Positions 27,066 through 32,000 of a stretch of DNA of 32,000 bases are shown piece after piece. Source of the stretch: Geotalea daltonii FRC-32 (lineage in GTDB: Bacteria > Desulfobacterota > Desulfuromonadia > Geobacterales > Geobacteraceae); the NCBI RefSeq assembly GCF_000022265.1, contig NC_011979.1:2340001-2372000 (forward strand), written 5' to 3'. Positions within the stretch are counted from its first letter, which is position 1. Every line of letters starts with the position of its first letter. The notes under the pieces were generated by a model, which was given only the letters and a program-made list of their open reading frames with translations, had not been told where the DNA came from and did no database searches. Made by a program: the position numbers and the translations under genes.

Positions 27066-28244
27066 ATGATTAAAGAGCAAAAACCTAAAATACTCACTCT
27101 CGTTGGGTTTTACCTCCCCGGATACAAAGCTGGAGGCCCACTGCGCACAATTGCCAATATGGTTGAACATCTCAACGATTATGAATTTTGGATTATAACC
27201 AGAGACAGAGATTTAGGTGACGAATCGCCCTATGAAGAGATTAAGCCTGATAAGTGGCAGAGGGTCGGCAATGCAATGGTGCATTATCTATCACCTGAAA
27301 GGTGCACAATTCGTAGGCTAGCTGTTCTTATTGCAGAAACTTCATATGATGTATTGTACATAAATAGTTTTTTTGACCCGTTTTTTACAGTTAGACCACT
27401 ATTGGCACGAAAACTTGGATTACTGCCTAATAAACCTGTTATTATTGCCCCACGTGGGGAATTTTCAGAAGGTGCAATCAAAATAAAACGACATAAAAAG
27501 CACTTATTTATCAAATTAGCTGGTTTGATCAGGCTTTATGCCAATGTTGTATGGCACGCGTCTAGTACTCATGAAGCACAGGATGTACTTCGTGTTTTAG
27601 GTATGGGGTCTGGCACCATCCATGTTGCCCTTGATTTACCCAGTCGAAAGAGCCTGATCGCTTCGGGTGTCTCTCCGCAGGCCGAGTCTGCAGACGCAGT
27701 GACAAGAGTTGTTTTTCTCTCACGTATTTCGCCTAAGAAAAATTTGGATTACGCATTAAAAGCTCTAAGCAAAGTAAAGCAAAAAATTCTTTTCAATATC
27801 TATGGACCAGCTGAAGACCAATCATATTGGAATCGCTGCCAAGAAACTATTTCACAGTTGCCCGCAAACATTTCAGTGAAATATTGGGGGGCAGTGCATC
27901 CAGATCAAGTGTCATCAATTTTTAATGCTCATGATTTATTTTTTTTCCCTACGCGCGGAGAAAATTACGGACATGTAATTGCTGAGGCACTTTCTGTTGG
28001 CACTGCAGTTTTACTGAGCGATCAGACTCCATGGCGTGATTTGCAATCGGAACATCTTGGTTGGGACTTGCCACTGGAAAATATCGATGAATTTGCTCGA
28101 ATTATAGAGGAATATGCAATTATGCCTATTGAAGAAAAGTTAGCATGGCGCAAAGATATTATCAGCAAAACCACCAAACGTTTGAGCAAGAATGAAACAA
28201 TAGAAGCGAATCGTAGCTTATTTATGAGTGTTGTAAATAAGTGA
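27066..28244 (+). CDS. glycosyltransferase family 4
   Basis: FFFPTRGENYGHVIAEALSVGTAVLLSDQTPW is a GT4 E-x7-E-type region. VVFLSRISPKKNLDYALKAL is a typical linker preceding it. Confidence 0.75.
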   Translation: MIKEQKPKILTLVGFYLPGYKAGGPLRTIANMVEHLNDYEFWIITRDRDLGDESPYEEIKPDKWQRVGNAMVHYLSPERCTIRRLAVLIAETSYDVLYINSFFDPFFTVRPLLARKLGLLPNKPVIIAPRGEFSEGAIKIKRHKKHLFIKLAGLIRLYANVVWHASSTHEAQDVLRVLGMGSGTIHVALDLPSRKSLIASGVSPQAESADAVTRVVFLSRISPKKNLDYALKALSKVKQKILFNIYGPAEDQSYWNRCQETISQLPANISVKYWGAVHPDQVSSIFNAHDLFFFPTRGENYGHVIAEALSVGTAVLLSDQTPWRDLQSEHLGWDLPLENIDEFARIIEEYAIMPIEEKLAWRKDIISKTTKRLSKNETIEANRSLFMSVVNK

Positions 28245-28264
28245 AGATAAGGAGATCCTTTAAC

Positions 28265-29293
28265 ATGTTTAAGAACAAAATCCTTCTTATAACTGGCGGC
28301 ACAGGTTCATTCGGCAATGCCGTGCTCCGCCGCTTTCTTGATACTGATATTAAGGAGATCCGTGTTTTTTCCCGCGACGAGAAAAAGCAAGAGGATATGC
28401 GGATTAATCTAAATAACTCCAAGGTCAAGTTCTACATTGGTGATGTCAGGCACTATGACAGTGTCTACTCTGCAATGAGTGGTGTTGACTTTGTCTTCCA
28501 CGCAGCTGCCCTAAAACAGGTTCCATCTTGCGAGTTTTATCCGATGGAGGCTGTGCGGACAAATATCCTGGGAACAGAGAACGTTCTCAATGCTGCTTTA
28601 GCTAGTGGTGTGAAAAAGGTCATTACTCTTAGTACTGATAAGGCTGTTTATCCGATCAATGCAATGGGAATATCAAAGGCAATGATGGAGAAACTTATGG
28701 TTGCCAAAGCTCGCATGACAGACAGTTCCAATACTGTCTGCACAGGTACCCGGTATGGGAATGTTATGGCTTCTCGTGGATCTGTCATACCTCTCTTCGT
28801 CAAGCAGATAAAAGAGGGTAAGCCATTGACTGTAACTGATCCTAATATGACTCGTTTCCTCATGTCTCTTGATGATGCTGTTGATCTTGTTCTTTACGCT
28901 TTCCAGAATGCAAGGCCAGGGGATATTTTTGTACAAAAAGCGCCAGCATCTACAATCATGGATTTAGCAGTTGCCGTTAAGGAACTTTTTAATGCAGAGA
29001 ATGAAGTTCGTATTATCGGTACGCGACATGGTGAGAAACTATACGAGACCTTGCTGACCCGCGAGGAACTTGCCAAAGCACAGGATCTCGGTGGCTATTA
29101 CCGAATCATTCCCGACGACCGTGATCTGAATTACGGCAAATATTTCACTGAAGGACAGGAACAAGTATCTCTCATCGTGGATTACAACTCCCACAACACG
29201 CAACGGCTTACTATACCCGAGATCAAGGAAAAGTTATTGAAACTGGATTTTATTCAGCAAGAGCTTAGTGGAGGTATCGGGTGCGCATACTGA
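28265..29293 (+). CDS. UDP-N-acetylglucosamine 4,6-dehydratase/5-epimerase (FnlA/CapE/WbjB/WbvB family)
   Basis: MFKNKILLITGGTGSFGNAVLRRFLDTDIKEIRVFSRDEKKQEDMR...KFYIGDVR is near-identical in pattern to the CapE/FnlA N-terminus. AAGGAG RBS before ATG 28265. Confidence 0.9.
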   Translation: MFKNKILLITGGTGSFGNAVLRRFLDTDIKEIRVFSRDEKKQEDMRINLNNSKVKFYIGDVRHYDSVYSAMSGVDFVFHAAALKQVPSCEFYPMEAVRTNILGTENVLNAALASGVKKVITLSTDKAVYPINAMGISKAMMEKLMVAKARMTDSSNTVCTGTRYGNVMASRGSVIPLFVKQIKEGKPLTVTDPNMTRFLMSLDDAVDLVLYAFQNARPGDIFVQKAPASTIMDLAVAVKELFNAENEVRIIGTRHGEKLYETLLTREELAKAQDLGGYYRIIPDDRDLNYGKYFTEGQEQVSLIVDYNSHNTQRLTIPEIKEKLLKLDFIQQELSGGIGCAY

Positions 29294-30126
29294 TTTTAGG
29301 TGGTGATGGCATGCTAGGTCATCAACTGCTGAAACACCTGCAACCTCGACATGAAGTGAAGGTAACTCTTCGTCAGGATTTAGGTACTTATTCTTCACTT
29401 GGAATGTTCACTAGTGAAAATGCTTATGACGGAGTAGATGTCCGCTCACTGGAAAGGCTTGTTGAAGTATTGTCAGATTTTCGCCCTGAGGCGATAATCA
29501 ACGCTGTCGGTATAGTAAAGCAGAGACCTGATGCCAAGGAAAGCATTCCGAGCCTGGAGATTAACGCATTACTTCCGCACAGGCTGGCGGTGCTTTGCAA
29601 GGGGATAGGAGCTAGGCTGATTCATTTGAGTACTGACTGTGTTTTTTCAGGGAAAAAGGGTAGCTACCTGGAGAGTGATCTTTCCGACGCTGAAGATTTG
29701 TACGGTAAAACGAAATTTCTGGGGGAGGTCCACGATACTAATTGTCTGACTTTGAGAACATCTATCATAGGACATGAACTCTCCAGGCACAAGAGTCTGC
29801 TTGACTGGTTTCTTGCCCAGACTGGCGCTGTAAAAGGCTTCACCAATGCCATCTACACCGGATTTACCACTATCGAGATGAGCAGAATCATCGAGAAGAT
29901 GTTGCTTGATTTTCCTAATGCATCAGGGGTATATCAGGTATCCAGTGAACCTATCAACAAATACGAATTGTTACTACTGTTTCGTGAGAAACTAGGTCAT
30001 AACATTGAACTCATCGCTGATAGTACCTTCTGCTGTGACCGGAGTCTCGATTCCGCCAGGTTTCGTCGCGAGTTTAATTATACACCGCCATCCTGGCCTG
30101 CAATGATTGAGGGGTTGAATCGATGA
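29281..30126 (+). CDS. RmlD-like SDR 4-reductase (281 aa; WbvR/QnlB-type rather than FnlB/CapF-type)
   Basis: MRILILGGDGMLGHQL Rossmann N-terminus, STDCVFSG and YGKTKFLGE (YxxxK) motifs of the dTDP-4-dehydrorhamnose reductase fold. It lacks the roughly 90 extra C-terminal residues of CapF/WbjC-type enzymes. The GTG start overlaps the upstream gene by 13 nt. Confidence 0.7.
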   Translation: MRILILGGDGMLGHQLLKHLQPRHEVKVTLRQDLGTYSSLGMFTSENAYDGVDVRSLERLVEVLSDFRPEAIINAVGIVKQRPDAKESIPSLEINALLPHRLAVLCKGIGARLIHLSTDCVFSGKKGSYLESDLSDAEDLYGKTKFLGEVHDTNCLTLRTSIIGHELSRHKSLLDWFLAQTGAVKGFTNAIYTGFTTIEMSRIIEKMLLDFPNASGVYQVSSEPINKYELLLLFREKLGHNIELIADSTFCCDRSLDSARFRREFNYTPPSWPAMIEGLNR

Positions 30127-31250
30127 CCATGAAAGTAATGACCATTGTCGGGACCAGACCAGAGATAATCAAGTTGAGCAGAGTCATTGCCGAGCTTGAC
30201 CGGCATGTGCAGCATATACTTGTACACTCCGGCCAGAATTATGACTACGAGTTGAATGGTATATTTTTCAATGAGCTTGGAATCAGAAAACCTGACTATT
30301 TTCTAGAAGCAGTGGGCCCAACGGTGGCCCACACTATCGGCAACGTTATTGCAAAGGCCGATGAGGTGCTAGAGAAGGAACAACCGGCGGCCCTGCTGTT
30401 GCTGGGGGATACCAATAGCTGCTTGGCGGCGATTGCTGCGAAACGGCGGAAGATTCCTATTTTTCATATGGAAGCTGGCAATCGCTGCTTCGATCTGCGC
30501 GTTCCCGAGGAAATCAACCGCAAAATAGTAGATCACATAAGCGACATCAACATGACCTACACGGAACATGCTCGCCGATATCTGATGGCAGAGGGGCTGC
30601 GTCCTGAAACGGTATTAAAGACAGGTTCCCCTATGAAGGAGGTTCTTGCACATCACCGAGGGCAGATAGACAGCTCCGATGTGCTTAAACGGCTTGAGCT
30701 GCAGAAAATGGGATATTTTCTAGTAAGCGCCCACCGTGAAGAAAATGTGGACAGTGAGGCAAATTTCGCTAATCTGCTTGAATCTCTTTCTGCCATTGCA
30801 GAGACGTATGATAAGCCGGTCATTGTGTCCACCCATCCGCGTACCAGAAAAAGGCTTGAAGAAAAAGGCACTGCCACTCTTGATAACCGTATTAAGTTCC
30901 TTAAGCCCTTAGGTTTTCCGGATTATGTAAAACTGCAGATGAACGCTGCCTGTGTTATTTCAGACAGTGGCACAATTACGGAGGAATCGTCCATCCTTGG
31001 CTTCCCAGCAGTTACAATTCGCCAGGCCCATGAGCGGCCGGAAGGGATGGACGAGGGAACCTTGATAATGTGCGGTCTTGAATCAGAGGCGGTGCTGAAA
31101 GCAATTGAAGTAGTAATGTGTCAGGTTTCAGACTCCAGTCCTTTTAGAATTGTAGAAGATTATGATGTTGATAATGTCTCTCTTAAAGTGCTACGGGTTA
31201 TCCTCAGCTATACCGATTATGTAAACCGAAATGTCTGGAAGAAATGTTAA
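30123..31250 (+). CDS. UDP-2-acetamido-2,6-dideoxy-L-hexose 2-epimerase (FnlC/CapG/WbjD/WbvD family, WecB fold)
   Basis: MKVMTIVGTRPEIIKLSRVI, HMEAGNRCFD..VPEEINR and ISDSGTITEESSILGFPAVTIRQAHERPEG motifs. ATGA overlap with the upstream reductase. Confidence 0.85.
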   Translation: MTMKVMTIVGTRPEIIKLSRVIAELDRHVQHILVHSGQNYDYELNGIFFNELGIRKPDYFLEAVGPTVAHTIGNVIAKADEVLEKEQPAALLLLGDTNSCLAAIAAKRRKIPIFHMEAGNRCFDLRVPEEINRKIVDHISDINMTYTEHARRYLMAEGLRPETVLKTGSPMKEVLAHHRGQIDSSDVLKRLELQKMGYFLVSAHREENVDSEANFANLLESLSAIAETYDKPVIVSTHPRTRKRLEEKGTATLDNRIKFLKPLGFPDYVKLQMNAACVISDSGTITEESSILGFPAVTIRQAHERPEGMDEGTLIMCGLESEAVLKAIEVVMCQVSDSSPFRIVEDYDVDNVSLKVLRVILSYTDYVNRNVWKKC

Positions 31251-31265
31251 GAGTGGCTGAGAATC

Positions 31266-32000
31266 ATGCGTATTGCCTTAATCACTGATGCTTTTCCGCC
31301 GCTCCGATCATCAGGGGCCGTTCAGTTGCGGGACTTATCCTTGGAGTTTGCCAAGCAGGGGCATGAGATCACAACGCTGGTAGCGGCCCCTGAACTGGAA
31401 GAGGATTGGCGTATTGAGACATGGAATGATGTTCGCATCGCCCGCTTGAAATCTCCCAAGACCAAGGACATAGGCTACGTACGGCGTACGATCGGAGAGT
31501 TCCGCATGCCGTTCTCGATGCTGCACAACTTTCGTAAGTGTCCACTGGCGAATGAACATTGGGATGGTGTTGTTTGGTATTCCCCTACAATTTTCTTGGG
31601 ACCCTTTGCAAACGCACTGAAGCAATTAAGTAAATGCAGAAGTTATCTCATCATCCGCGATATTTTTCCTGAGTGGGCAGTCGATATGGGCCTTATGGGC
31701 AGAGGGCTGCCCTATAGGTTCTTCAAATTGATTGCGAACTACCAGTACTCTATTGCTGATGTCATAGGGGCACAGACCTTTGGAAATCTGACCTATTTTA
31801 CTGACTGGGCTTCTCGGCCTGGCCGCCGTGTTGAGGTTTTGCAAAACTGGCTGAGCGATGTGCCTAATTCGGGATGCAGCATCAGGATTTGTGACACCTC
31901 GTTGGCCGGTCGAAAGATTTTTGTCTATGCTGGCAATATGGGCGTGGCGCAAGGCATGGGGATTTTGCTGAACCTTGCTGAAAGTTTAGTGAGTAGAAAA
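31266..32000 (+). CDS. glycosyltransferase family 4, WbuB-like, N-terminal 245 codons (3' end outside window)
   Basis: Hand translation from ATG 31266 is open to the window edge: MRIALITDAFPPLRSSGAVQLRDLSLEFAKQGHEITTLV...YLIIRDIFPEWAVDMGL...IFVYAGNMGVAQGM. The IRDIFPEW and YAGNMGxAQG segments are typical of WbuB-type transferases, which usually follow fnlC/qnlC. It is absent from the ORF track because no stop is reached. Confidence 0.75.
   Translation, partial: MRIALITDAFPPLRSSGAVQLRDLSLEFAKQGHEITTLVAAPELEEDWRIETWNDVRIARLKSPKTKDIGYVRRTIGEFRMPFSMLHNFRKCPLANEHWDGVVWYSPTIFLGPFANALKQLSKCRSYLIIRDIFPEWAVDMGLMGRGLPYRFFKLIANYQYSIADVIGAQTFGNLTYFTDWASRPGRRVEVLQNWLSDVPNSGCSIRICDTSLAGRKIFVYAGNMGVAQGMGILLNLAESLVSRK

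Overview
All genes supported here lie on the + strand: about 30 co-directional genes forming a lipopolysaccharide locus in a GC-rich Gram-negative genome. The composition and cassette content are reminiscent of Geobacter-type Desulfuromonadales, but this cannot be verified without a search.

Gene order:
- lpxK 3' end, then a small Trm112/YcaR-like gene that is absent from the ORF track.
- A MacA/MacB-like ABC efflux trio.
- Core glycosyltransferases: three GT9 heptosyltransferases (one clearly WaaC-like), a GT4, a GT2 and a divergent GT-B-like orphan.
- wecB, an unknown conserved protein, hldE, and gmd and fcl.
- A CDP-tyvelose block ddhA-ddhB-ddhC-prt-tyv-wzx in Salmonella group D order, but without ddhD.
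- An AT-rich O-unit module: GT2, GT4-like, Wzy-like and GT4.
- An fnlA-like / short rmlD-like / fnlC-like / wbuB-like block that runs off the 3' edge.

The structure that ordinary annotation does not explain sits in three operon-internal spacers:
1. A family of palindromic elements whose arms are three helically phased CACGAAT heptads. Three copies are empty; two lie in tandem and one is inverted.
2. A fourth copy of this element carries a GxxExxY PD-(D/E)XK ORF in its loop and splits gmd from fcl.
3. A decayed four-helix-bundle (23S rRNA IVS protein family) gene is bracketed by inverted 7-bp microsatellite arrays of 4 versus 10 units, ending 5 nt before the hldE ribosome-binding site.

I propose these are IVS-like or MITE-like cassettes that colonise polysaccharide operons. 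This is a hypothesis, not a demonstrated system. I recognised no CRISPR array, tRNA, rRNA, IS transposase or canonical defence system.
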